DNA of 64,000 nt from Limisphaerales bacterium (GTDB lineage: Bacteria; Verrucomicrobiota; Verrucomicrobiia; Limisphaerales; JAJOIW01). The position numbers and the translations under genes are program-made. Shown piece after piece: positions 10,010 to 19,044 of the stretch. The notes beneath the pieces are model-generated. The model had not been told where the DNA came from. It made no database searches and worked only from the letters and a program-made list of their open reading frames with translations. Where the stretch lies: positions 1-64,000 of the forward strand of contig CBFHOE010000007.1 of NCBI GenBank assembly GCA_965657355.1, in the 5' to 3' direction. Position 1 is the first letter of the stretch; each line of letters starts with the position of its first letter.

Positions 10010-11011
10010 ATGTCACTTTTAGAAAAAATACCTTCACTTAAAGATTCTGGGCTTGAAGCGTTTGGAAAAGCTTCCTCCTTAAAAGAGTTGGATGAGGCTA
10101 GAATTTCATTCTTGGGTTCAAATGGTCAACTCACCGGCTTACTAAAGCAGCTTGGCTCCATTGACCCCTCTGAGCGACCTATCGCGGGGAAAGAGCTTAA
10201 CATTGCCAAAAAATTACTCGAAGCAAAATTTGAAGAGCGCAAGGAAGAGTTGGAATTTCAAGCAGCAATGCCTGAGAGAGCGACTGATTTTTCATTACCA
10301 GGAAGGAAACCACTGAGGGGAAGCCTTCATCCGCTTACTAAAGTCACTGAAGACATCGTTAAAAGCTTTCGAAAATTAGGCTTTGCGGTGGCTGATGGTC
10401 CTGAAATTGAAGATGACTACCACTGCTTTGATGCATTAAATACTCCAGCGGACCATCCAGCGCGAGACACTCAAGATACATTTTTTCTACCAGGAGGCTC
10501 ATTATTGAGAACCCACACATCCTCGGTTCAAATCCGAGTTATGGAGACACAGGAACCGCCCGTTCGCATAGTGGTTCCCGGTCGTGTTTATAGAAGGGAT
10601 ACGGCGGATGCCACTCACAACCCCACATTTCATCAGATCGAGGGACTTTACGTAGATAAAGGGGTCACAGTTAGAGATTTGATGGGGTCTGTTGAGTTTG
10701 TCTTCAAAGAAATACTTGGCGAGGAAGTCAAACTAAGATTTCGTCCACATTATTTCAGCTACACGGAACCCAGTTATGAGATCGATTTTTCCAGTCCTCT
10801 TGTCAAAAAAATGGGCAAAGATTGGTTGGAAATAGCGGGCTGCGGAATGGTTCATCCGAAGGTTTTTGAAAACACAGGCTTTGACCCCGAAGTTTGGACT
10901 GGGTGGGCTTTTGGATTTGGCATAGAGAGAATAGCCATGATCCGTTATGGGATTCATGACATAAGACTATTCTATGAGAATGATGTTCGATTCCTGAAGC
11001 AATTCAGTTGA
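10010..11011 (+). CDS. pheS: Phenylalanine-tRNA ligase alpha subunit
   Basis: HPARDTQDTF, LRTHTS, GRVYRRD, FHQIEG, YFSYTEPS, AFGFGIER. Confidence 0.98.
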   Translation: MSLLEKIPSLKDSGLEAFGKASSLKELDEARISFLGSNGQLTGLLKQLGSIDPSERPIAGKELNIAKKLLEAKFEERKEELEFQAAMPERATDFSLPGRKPLRGSLHPLTKVTEDIVKSFRKLGFAVADGPEIEDDYHCFDALNTPADHPARDTQDTFFLPGGSLLRTHTSSVQIRVMETQEPPVRIVVPGRVYRRDTADATHNPTFHQIEGLYVDKGVTVRDLMGSVEFVFKEILGEEVKLRFRPHYFSYTEPSYEIDFSSPLVKKMGKDWLEIAGCGMVHPKVFENTGFDPEVWTGWAFGFGIERIAMIRYGIHDIRLFYENDVRFLKQFS

Positions 11012-11088
11012 TCAATCTTTTCCGACTAACAAAACTCAGCCCAACTTTTTATAAGAGTAAAAAAAAGCATTATAAGCGCAACTAACTA

Positions 11089-13521
11089 ATGAAAGTAACG
11101 TTCAACTGGCTTAAGGAATACGTTGATTTAGACATGTCCCCAGAAGATCTGGGCTACCTTCTGACCATGCTTGGTTTGGAAGTCGAGTCAATCGACCATC
11201 AGCCCGATCCCTACGAGGGCGTCGTCGTAGTGCAAATCGAAAAAAAAGAGCAACACCCAAACGCGGACAAATTAAGTGTATGCCAAGTCAACGATGGACT
11301 AGGCATTCGTCAGATTGTTTGCGGAGCGACTAATTTTCAGGTGGGAGATAAGGTTCCACTCATTTTGCCAGGCAATAGCCTCCCTCCAAAAAATGAAGGA
11401 GAAAAACCGTTCGTCATCAAGGTTGGTAAATTAAGGGGAGTGGAATCGCAGGGCATGATGTGCTCGGGACAAGAACTTGGTCTTTCATCAGATTCGGACG
11501 GACTAATGATTCTTGATTCAGATGCTTGCCCCGGCAAAATGCTATCGTCTTATCTTGGTCGATCTTCAGGGGATGTCATCTTCGATTTGGAAACGACACC
11601 TAATCGTCCAGATTGGAATAGCGTTTTAGGTATTGCCAAAGAAATCGCAGCAAAGACAGGAAAAGAATTAAAGATTCCACAGGTTTCTTCCAGTGAGACA
11701 AATCAGACGAAGTCGGATGAATTAGTTGATGTAAGGATTGAAAACAGTGAATTATGCCCGCGTTACTCTGCAAGAATATTAAAAGGCGTCAAGGTCGGAG
11801 ACAGTCCCTCTTGGCTTGTTGAAAAGCTGGATAGCATTGGTATTCGTTCAATCAACAACGTGGTTGATGTCACTAATTTTGTGATGATGGAAACCGGGCA
11901 GCCTCTTCACGCTTTTGATCTTGATTTGGTGAAGCCAAAATCCGACGGCAAGAAGCCAGTCATCGTAGTTCGGGCCGCTCATGAGGATGAAAAATTTATA
12001 ACATTGGACGAACAAGAAAGGTCTTTAGATGATCAAATGGCCGTCATCGCAGACGAAACAAAAGCTATTGCATTAGCAGGCGTTATGGGAGGTTTAAACA
12101 CCGAAATCAACGCTTCAACAAAAGACGTTCTCCTGGAGTCTGCTGCTTTCAGCGAGAAAGCAACACGTCGGACATCTAAAAATTTGGGACTTAAAACCGA
12201 TGCGTCTTACAGATTCGAAAGAGGAACGGATTGGAATATGGTCGAGTATGCTAGCCTCAGAGCGGCAGACTTGATCCAGCAAACCGCTGGTGGGGCTATT
12301 TTGAGTGGAGCAATTGATGAGTGCCCTGCCCCACCTCAACCCAGATCGGTGAATCTGAGATTCTCCAAAACAGATGAGCTTTTGGGGACGCCAATACCTG
12401 CAGAGACTCAGATACAGTTTCTCAATAAACTGGGTATGGAGACCGAATCCATTGATGAAATATCTGGGTCCGGCCAATTCAGAATTCCATCAAACAGGCC
12501 CGATATAAAGCGAGAAGTTGACCTTATCGAAGAAGTTATCCGGCTTTATGGTATAGATAATGTCACATCCTCTTCGCCAAAGGGAATAGTAGGACAAAAT
12601 AAGTTTGATACAATACATGATCAACTCTCCGAAATAAGGAATACGTTGGTGTCCATGGGACTTCATGAGGCTCAGGGACAAACCCTTATCTCGGGCGAGA
12701 AAACAAAAGATTTTGAGGATTCTCAAATCGCATTGGAGTATCCTTTATCAAGTGATATGGACGTCCTAAGACCAAGTATCATTCCAGGCCTAATTGACTC
12801 TCTCAGCCATAATGCTCATCACAACGCAGCCTCAGTGGGATTATTCGAGATTGGTAAGACCTTTCAAAAATCAGGAGATGAAGTTATCGAAAAAAGAAAT
12901 CTGGGCATTGTGATTTCTGGTGAAGCCCAGTCTCACTTTTGGGAAAATGGCAGCAGCCAAAGGTTATATGATATTTATGATATGAAGGGGATTTTTGAGG
13001 AATTCATGTCACGCGAGGGTTTGCCGGCATACCAGGTCGTAAAAATCGAAAGCCCCACGGAAACCTGGGTCGAGGCGGCAGAAATAAGATTAGGAAAAAA
13101 TCTTTTGGGAATCATAGGGCAACTGCACCCAGTAGTTCAAAAAAATCGAGACATACGCTTTGCATCCTTTCTTTGCGAGATAGATCTCGATCTTTTGCTG
13201 AGAATCAGGAAAAAGAATTATAAATTCAAGCCAATCCCGCAGTATCCATCTACTTGCCGAGATGTAGCTTTACTTGTTGATGAAAAAGTCACTCATTTTG
13301 AGGTCAGCCAAGCTGTAAAAAAAGCAAAAGTGAAATTTCTAGAAGACGTGACACTATTTGATATTTTTCGTGGAAAAAATGTCCCAGATGGACAGAAAAG
13401 TATGGCTTATTCGATGACTTATAGATCTGGAGAAAAAACGCTTACAGATAAAGAAGTTCAAAAATCCCATGATGCATTAATCAATGTGATAAAAACAAAA
13501 ATTGGAGCGCAAGTTCGGTAA
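11089..13521 (+). CDS. pheT: Phenylalanine-tRNA ligase beta subunit
   Basis: HPNADKL, IVCGA, RGVESQGMMCS, TPNRPD, GQPLHAFD, YRFERG, DLIEEV, FDX-ACB C-terminus. Confidence 0.98.
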   Translation: MKVTFNWLKEYVDLDMSPEDLGYLLTMLGLEVESIDHQPDPYEGVVVVQIEKKEQHPNADKLSVCQVNDGLGIRQIVCGATNFQVGDKVPLILPGNSLPPKNEGEKPFVIKVGKLRGVESQGMMCSGQELGLSSDSDGLMILDSDACPGKMLSSYLGRSSGDVIFDLETTPNRPDWNSVLGIAKEIAAKTGKELKIPQVSSSETNQTKSDELVDVRIENSELCPRYSARILKGVKVGDSPSWLVEKLDSIGIRSINNVVDVTNFVMMETGQPLHAFDLDLVKPKSDGKKPVIVVRAAHEDEKFITLDEQERSLDDQMAVIADETKAIALAGVMGGLNTEINASTKDVLLESAAFSEKATRRTSKNLGLKTDASYRFERGTDWNMVEYASLRAADLIQQTAGGAILSGAIDECPAPPQPRSVNLRFSKTDELLGTPIPAETQIQFLNKLGMETESIDEISGSGQFRIPSNRPDIKREVDLIEEVIRLYGIDNVTSSSPKGIVGQNKFDTIHDQLSEIRNTLVSMGLHEAQGQTLISGEKTKDFEDSQIALEYPLSSDMDVLRPSIIPGLIDSLSHNAHHNAASVGLFEIGKTFQKSGDEVIEKRNLGIVISGEAQSHFWENGSSQRLYDIYDMKGIFEEFMSREGLPAYQVVKIESPTETWVEAAEIRLGKNLLGIIGQLHPVVQKNRDIRFASFLCEIDLDLLLRIRKKNYKFKPIPQYPSTCRDVALLVDEKVTHFEVSQAVKKAKVKFLEDVTLFDIFRGKNVPDGQKSMAYSMTYRSGEKTLTDKEVQKSHDALINVIKTKIGAQVR

Positions 13522-13568
13522 TAGAAACTGCGCTCTCTTTCAAGCGGGTTCAATCGTCAAATTGGAAC

Positions 13569-13603
13569 AAAAAAAGGAAGGCCTCATTTGGCCTTCCTTT
13601 TTT
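13569..13603. terminator. Bidirectional intrinsic terminator
   Basis: A7-GGAAGGCC-TCATTT-GGCCTTCC-T6 between convergent pheT and the aminopeptidase gene. Confidence 0.9.
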
Positions 13604-13629
13604 ATCATCTGAGTAAATAGAGAATTCTA

Positions 13630-14736
13630 TTATTTGAAGTTTTTTGGGTTTAATTTTTTGAGGTCTTTAGTCACGAAGAGGCCGTCCTTGCGTATGAGCT
13701 CGCCATCGAAATAAACTTCGCCGCCACCGTATTCAGGTCTTTGGATACAAACCATATCCCAATGAACAGCTGACTTATTACCATTATCAGCATCTTCATA
13801 TGCTTGGCCGGGAGTGAAGTGAAAAGATCCAGTTATTTTTTCATCAAAAAGTATATCACACATGGGATTTAGGATGTGTGGATTGGTGCCTAATGAAAAT
13901 TCTCCAATGTATCGAGCACCTTTGTCAGTATCGAGTATTTGATTGAGCTTGTCCGTATTATTACATGTTGCTTTTGTGATCTTCCCGTTTTCAAACTCTA
14001 GGTAAACATTTTCAAATCGGTTACCTGCATAAACAGTTGGCGTGTTGTACTGAAGGGTCCCATTAACAGAGTTCTTTACTGGACAGGAGAAAACTTCACC
14101 ATCGGGAATATTTCTGTCCCCCGCGCACTTGATAGCATTAATATCTTTGATCGAAAACGTAAGGTCAGTTCCAGGGCCAGTGATGTGAACTTTATCAGCT
14201 GCCTGCATTCTTTTCTGAAGAGGATCCATAGCGGCAGCCATCTTTTTGTAATCCATTGTGCATACACGAAAATAAAAATCCTCGAATGCTTCCGTGCTCA
14301 TATTTGCTGCTTGAGCCATACTTGAAGTAGGCCAACGCAGAACAACCCACTTTGTTTTATTGACTCTGTAGTTTTGTACTGGTCGATAGGTTTTGGAAAA
14401 AAGCTGCATCTTGTTGCCTGGAACATCAGAGGACTCACTTGTATTTAAGGCGCCCCTGATGGCGATAAATGCCTGCATCTTTTTCATGCGGGCCATTTCC
14501 CATTCTTTCCACACCTTGGCATGTTCTTCATCCGTATCTTTGACTAGCTCACGCACGAGCCGCCCCTGGCGCACATCGAGGTGCGGGTGTGCCCCAACAG
14601 CCCTACAAGCCCTTATAAGGGCAACTCCCATCTCCTCTGGAAGATCGGCAAGATACAAAAGAACGTGTTCCCCCTTCTTGAGTTGAGTAGAGTATTCAAC
14701 AAGAAGCTTGGCTAAATCAGAATATCGTGGGTCCAT
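13630..14736 (-). CDS. Aminopeptidase, peptidase family M29 (AmpS/AmpT)
   Basis: GTDLTF, NIPDGEVF, IGEFSLG, LFDEKI.GSFH, SAVHWDMV metal-ligand motifs. Confidence 0.93.
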   Translation of the reverse strand: MDPRYSDLAKLLVEYSTQLKKGEHVLLYLADLPEEMGVALIRACRAVGAHPHLDVRQGRLVRELVKDTDEEHAKVWKEWEMARMKKMQAFIAIRGALNTSESSDVPGNKMQLFSKTYRPVQNYRVNKTKWVVLRWPTSSMAQAANMSTEAFEDFYFRVCTMDYKKMAAAMDPLQKRMQAADKVHITGPGTDLTFSIKDINAIKCAGDRNIPDGEVFSCPVKNSVNGTLQYNTPTVYAGNRFENVYLEFENGKITKATCNNTDKLNQILDTDKGARYIGEFSLGTNPHILNPMCDILFDEKITGSFHFTPGQAYEDADNGNKSAVHWDMVCIQRPEYGGGEVYFDGELIRKDGLFVTKDLKKLNPKNFK

Positions 14737-14862
14737 TATATTTTTTATTTTATTGCTTCATCATAAATGAGAAGAAGTCTTTTCAAAGTAGTTGTATACA
14801 AATTGTAAAATTAAACACTATGCCCTGCACCGAAAAAAATTTCATGAAGCGGGAAAGGAAAA

Positions 14863-15942
14863 CTATTTATCAGATAGATTTGCGACACCTAGGTTTGATT
14901 GAATGTATTGAGCAACCTTCAAGGCCTTGATTCTCGAAGTTGCGGATGATTCTCCCCTAAAACCCTTGTAGACAACTTTTAAAGCAGCTATCGGTTCACC
15001 GTTTCTATCTTCCAAGGGTAAGGTTACCGTGGTGATTCTATTTTTACCTCTTGCACGATAGGTGTTCTTATTGGCTATGGCATCACTTTCTTCTTTTCCT
15101 CCTTTTAAACCCAATTTTTCGCTTTGACTGGAGGCAATATTGACAGGAAATCCATCAGTTTCTTCTATTGTGTAAAGTGAGATCTCATTAAAATCTGGAT
15201 ATCTATCGGCAGCCATATTGACCAACCGCTGCCCCATGGTTATGAGCGGGGTGTAATCTAATCGAAGGTCGTGAAAATGTGTTATAGAATCTGACTTCGT
15301 CCAAATGCCGACCAATCCCTTGTCAAAAGCATAATCTTCAACAGGAGCTTGAAATGCTTTTTCGCCATTTAACCAAGACTGGAAATTTGCCCCTTTTGCT
15401 TGCACTTTCAGATCAACCCATTCACCGACAGGAATTTTTACCTCTGGACCAAAAGGATCGCCCCTGAGCCCTTGAAAATATTTATAAAATCTCAAAGTAG
15501 CATCTTTCGCTGAAGCTCGGATGACGTAATAATTTTCCGGATCTACATATCGAAAGCATATCCCGGCCATTTGACTGACCAAACCCGATTCAATTTTAAA
15601 TTTTAAAGAGAAAGTAAAGTCTTTGCATAGAGCATCTGAATACACCAGCATCGGGAAATGCTCCCGGTGAGAAATTTTAGCGGTCTGAGCAACCACTCTG
15701 GCTTTGACTGTTTTGAGTCCAGTATTCCCATCTGCTATACCTGGCGCCAATGAGGGAACGTCATCAACAAGGATTTCCCATTTACCCTGCATATTACTGA
15801 ACCCGCCAGTCGATGCCTGCCAGCCTGATGGTTTTTCACCAATGGGATGTGATAGGAAATCAAAAAGGATTAAATCAGCCTTAATCTGGATCGCCTGCAA
15901 AGCAAAAAAACAGATTAATACTAATGAGAGCTTTTTTTTCAT
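14863..15942 (-). CDS. Exported protein: DUF1080/concanavalin-like lectin domain plus C-terminal Cache/PDC-like domain
   Basis: Likely start MKKKLSLVLICFFALQAIQIKA (signal peptide); AGICFRYVDPENYY and GLVGIWTKSD lectin-fold motifs; C-terminal VTLPLEDRNGEPIAAL. Confidence 0.7.
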   Translation of the reverse strand: MKKKLSLVLICFFALQAIQIKADLILFDFLSHPIGEKPSGWQASTGGFSNMQGKWEILVDDVPSLAPGIADGNTGLKTVKARVVAQTAKISHREHFPMLVYSDALCKDFTFSLKFKIESGLVSQMAGICFRYVDPENYYVIRASAKDATLRFYKYFQGLRGDPFGPEVKIPVGEWVDLKVQAKGANFQSWLNGEKAFQAPVEDYAFDKGLVGIWTKSDSITHFHDLRLDYTPLITMGQRLVNMAADRYPDFNEISLYTIEETDGFPVNIASSQSEKLGLKGGKEESDAIANKNTYRARGKNRITTVTLPLEDRNGEPIAALKVVYKGFRGESSATSRIKALKVAQYIQSNLGVANLSDK

Positions 15943-16027
15943 TTGTCTTATTAGACTATTTTCAGCATCAAAGGATTCTATTATTTTTTTCTCGCGCCTC
16001 ATTTTTGAATTAGGTCATTATAATCAT

Positions 16028-17275
16028 ATGCAACTCAGGTCACATTTCCAAGGACTTCGGTCCGTAAGTGTCGCATTGTCAGTATTTTTATTACTGGTAT
16101 TACCAATGTCACCATCAATTTATGGTCAGAATGAAGATGAAATAACGATAGGAGTCATTCCGGGAGCACTCAAATTTAACGTGACAAAATTCGAGGTCCA
16201 CGCTGGGTCCGAAGTCAGCATAACCTTTAATAATAATGGGTTAATGCAGCATAATATTTTATTTGTGAAGCCTGGCAAAGCAGATGAAATTATGAATCAG
16301 GCCATGGCATTGGGTGCTGGAGGGCTTGACAAAAATTGGACTCCAGAGTCAGAGGCCATCATTAAAAGTATCCCCCTAATTGATGCTGGTAAAATTTATA
16401 AAACTAAATTCAAAGCGCCTCTAATGACTGGAGATTACCCATACATATGCACATTCCCAGGTCATGGATTAATTATGAGAGGAGTCATGACCGTAAAGGA
16501 AAAGACGGATTTAATAAATGAACCCCAGAAAGCAGAATCCCAGTCTATTAAAGTCAGAAATAATCTTGAGGGAGTTACTTACACCAATAAACCAGAAGGC
16601 ACACCTCAAAAACCATACCTAATAAGAACATTCATGCCCGACCCCGGAATAGACGAGGCGGTCTTCAAAAATCACGGTAAAGGCTTAGTCGCCAACAAGT
16701 ATTCGCCAAATATAGGGGATGACGTGGAAGGAAAAGTTCAGCCTATTGACGGTATTCCCTCGGCTTTTGGTATTAACTATGGGAAGTCACTGTCTATTTG
16801 TTGGGATACTACCGAATGTCGCCTCCTTTACGCATGGAGTGGTGGATTTTTAAACATGGATGCTTACTGGGGCGAAAATGGTGGAGGTGGGAGAAAAAGT
16901 TTTGATTACGTCCCCCGGTTAGAAGGAGAAATTAAATTTAAAGCAGATGGCTCTCACCCACTCAAAATTGGCGGAATGCGAGCTACCCCAAAGTTTTTAA
17001 AGTTGGAGCTGAAAAAAAATATTCCATTTTTTCACTACGACTATGGCGGCGGTGAAATTCAAGAATCCTTCAAAATTATTGATGGCGATAAATATGAACT
17101 TTATATCCGATTAGCGGCACCGGAGGATAAACACTTGGCGTACAAATTGCCAAACGCGTTAAAACGACATGTTATATCAGTGAATGGCAAAAAAATGAGT
17201 TCATCTAAAGACATCGTTTTACGATGCAAAGCCGACCACAAAAAATCATTCAAAATTATCTTAGCAAACAAATAA
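16028..17275 (+). CDS. Exported azurin/auracyanin-type blue copper protein fused to a C-terminal DUF6797-like domain
   Basis: Start moved from 15704 to ATG 16028 to remove the antisense overlap; signal peptide; type-1 Cu ligands QHN and YICTFPGHGLIMRG; later WDTTECRLLYAWSGGF. Confidence 0.82.
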   Translation: MQLRSHFQGLRSVSVALSVFLLLVLPMSPSIYGQNEDEITIGVIPGALKFNVTKFEVHAGSEVSITFNNNGLMQHNILFVKPGKADEIMNQAMALGAGGLDKNWTPESEAIIKSIPLIDAGKIYKTKFKAPLMTGDYPYICTFPGHGLIMRGVMTVKEKTDLINEPQKAESQSIKVRNNLEGVTYTNKPEGTPQKPYLIRTFMPDPGIDEAVFKNHGKGLVANKYSPNIGDDVEGKVQPIDGIPSAFGINYGKSLSICWDTTECRLLYAWSGGFLNMDAYWGENGGGGRKSFDYVPRLEGEIKFKADGSHPLKIGGMRATPKFLKLELKKNIPFFHYDYGGGEIQESFKIIDGDKYELYIRLAAPEDKHLAYKLPNALKRHVISVNGKKMSSSKDIVLRCKADHKKSFKIILANK

Positions 17276-17287
17276 ATTTAAAACACC

Positions 17288-18808
17288 ATGAGGATTATTG
17301 ATTTTAATCTAAGAAACTTTACGGCGCGTTATTTGGTATCAACACTTCTGATCTCGGCATTTTTGTGTTGTTTCGGGCACGCCATGCCCAGCGATTACTA
17401 CAAAGTAGAAGACATAGGTTTACCTAAGGACATCGCTCCAGAAATTGGCGGTCTGGCCTTCAATTCCAAGGGTGAATTAGTGGTTCTCTTGAGAAGGCAT
17501 GGAATCCTTATAGGCACACCTACCAACAACCCAAATTCCGTCAAGTGGCGGACATTTTCCGATATGTCAATGCACAACCCAATGGGACTGTTGTTAGAAT
17601 CAGACCACAGCATGCTTGTTCCACAGATGGCCGAGCTAACCCGAATAGTCGACACAAACAAAGATGGTGTCGCTGATACTTACGAAAATGTTTCAAGTGC
17701 TTTTGGCTTGAGTGGAAATTACCATGAAACAACGGGAGGTCCGGTTCCTGATGGTAGAGGCAATGTTTTTCTTGCCGTAGGTACAGCCTCTCATAATGGC
17801 CCAGTTTTTAAGCACACCCAAGGACAATTTAGCGCTATCGGCAGAAGGGGCCGCAACTATTCGGCGGTGGAATATCGAGGCTGGGTCGTAAAAATCACTC
17901 CAGAGGGCGAACTCCTTCCTTGGGCCAGTGGATTTAGAGCAAATAATGGAATAGCCTTGAGAACAGATGATTCGCTATGGGTAACCGACAATCAGGGTGA
18001 CTGGCGTGGAACATCCCCTATTTATCATGTCAAAAAAGGCGGATTTTATGGACACCCATCGAGTTTGGTATGGGACGAGAATTGGAAGCAAGGCGACCCA
18101 TTGAAATATCCAATTGAAAAGTTGGATAAAATGAGAACGCGAGCTGCGGTGCTTCTTCCACAAGGGGAAATGTGCAACTCTCCAGCAGAGCCCATATTCG
18201 ACATCAATAATGGAAGATTCGGACCATTCCACGATCAAATGTTTGTTGGGGACATAGCAGGACGCAGAATACTGCGCGTCATGCTAGAAAAAGTGAATGG
18301 TGAATATCAAGGCGCTTGCGTCAAATTTATTGAGAACAGTGGATTGAGGGGAGGTAATAATAGATTCGTATGGAGCCCCGATGGAGCATCTCTCTATGTC
18401 GGGCAAACCTACCGGGGATGGGGAAGACCAGAGGAAGGCCTGCAAAGAATAACATTTCAAGGAAAAAACCCATTCGAAACTCAATCCATAAATCTTACCA
18501 AAAAGGGATTTAAGCTAAAATTCACCCAAAAGGTTGATGCAAAAACCTTTACAAATACAAACAACTACCAAGTTGAATCTTTTCACTATGACTATGGGCA
18601 TAAATACGGAAGCCCAAAAAGAGACGTGAAGCCAATAAATGTAGAAAGAGTCGAAATGGTCGGTAACGGTGATGCGATTCAATTAGACTTGAATCAACTT
18701 GAGGCTGAAAAAATTTACATGATAAAGATGACCAACATGAATTCTCTATCCGGTCAGCCTCTTCTTCATGCAACAATATTTTACACGTGTAACCACTTGC
18801 GGAAATAG
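17288..18808 (+). CDS. Exported PVC-type beta-propeller protein (glucose/sorbosone dehydrogenase-like)
   Basis: ELTRIVDTNKDGVAD, GNYHE, ASGFRANNG, TDNQGDW, GGFYGHPSSL, FGPFHDQMFVGD; no CxxCH. Confidence 0.78.
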   Translation: MRIIDFNLRNFTARYLVSTLLISAFLCCFGHAMPSDYYKVEDIGLPKDIAPEIGGLAFNSKGELVVLLRRHGILIGTPTNNPNSVKWRTFSDMSMHNPMGLLLESDHSMLVPQMAELTRIVDTNKDGVADTYENVSSAFGLSGNYHETTGGPVPDGRGNVFLAVGTASHNGPVFKHTQGQFSAIGRRGRNYSAVEYRGWVVKITPEGELLPWASGFRANNGIALRTDDSLWVTDNQGDWRGTSPIYHVKKGGFYGHPSSLVWDENWKQGDPLKYPIEKLDKMRTRAAVLLPQGEMCNSPAEPIFDINNGRFGPFHDQMFVGDIAGRRILRVMLEKVNGEYQGACVKFIENSGLRGGNNRFVWSPDGASLYVGQTYRGWGRPEEGLQRITFQGKNPFETQSINLTKKGFKLKFTQKVDAKTFTNTNNYQVESFHYDYGHKYGSPKRDVKPINVERVEMVGNGDAIQLDLNQLEAEKIYMIKMTNMNSLSGQPLLHATIFYTCNHLRK

Positions 18809-19044
18809 CAAATTAACAGATAGTTGACCTGGAAGCAGCTGGTGACAACAATTGCGGACAGGGGTTTTTCAAAATCGAAAGATTCAAATTCCATTATCGC
18901 ATACATCCTTGGAAGTTTTTAAAAAGATTTCCCAACGTGTAGAGGAATAACTCACCGCTCATTTAAGAGATTTGAAATTATGTCAAGCATCTGATTTTCG
19001 GAATCTAGGTTCAGCCGCTGAGGCTTAAATTAAAATTTAAAAAA

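Noticed and set aside
15704..16027. 108-aa N-terminal extension of the 15704..17275 ORF
   Set aside because: It overlaps the opposite-strand gene; the signal peptide begins at ATG 16028.
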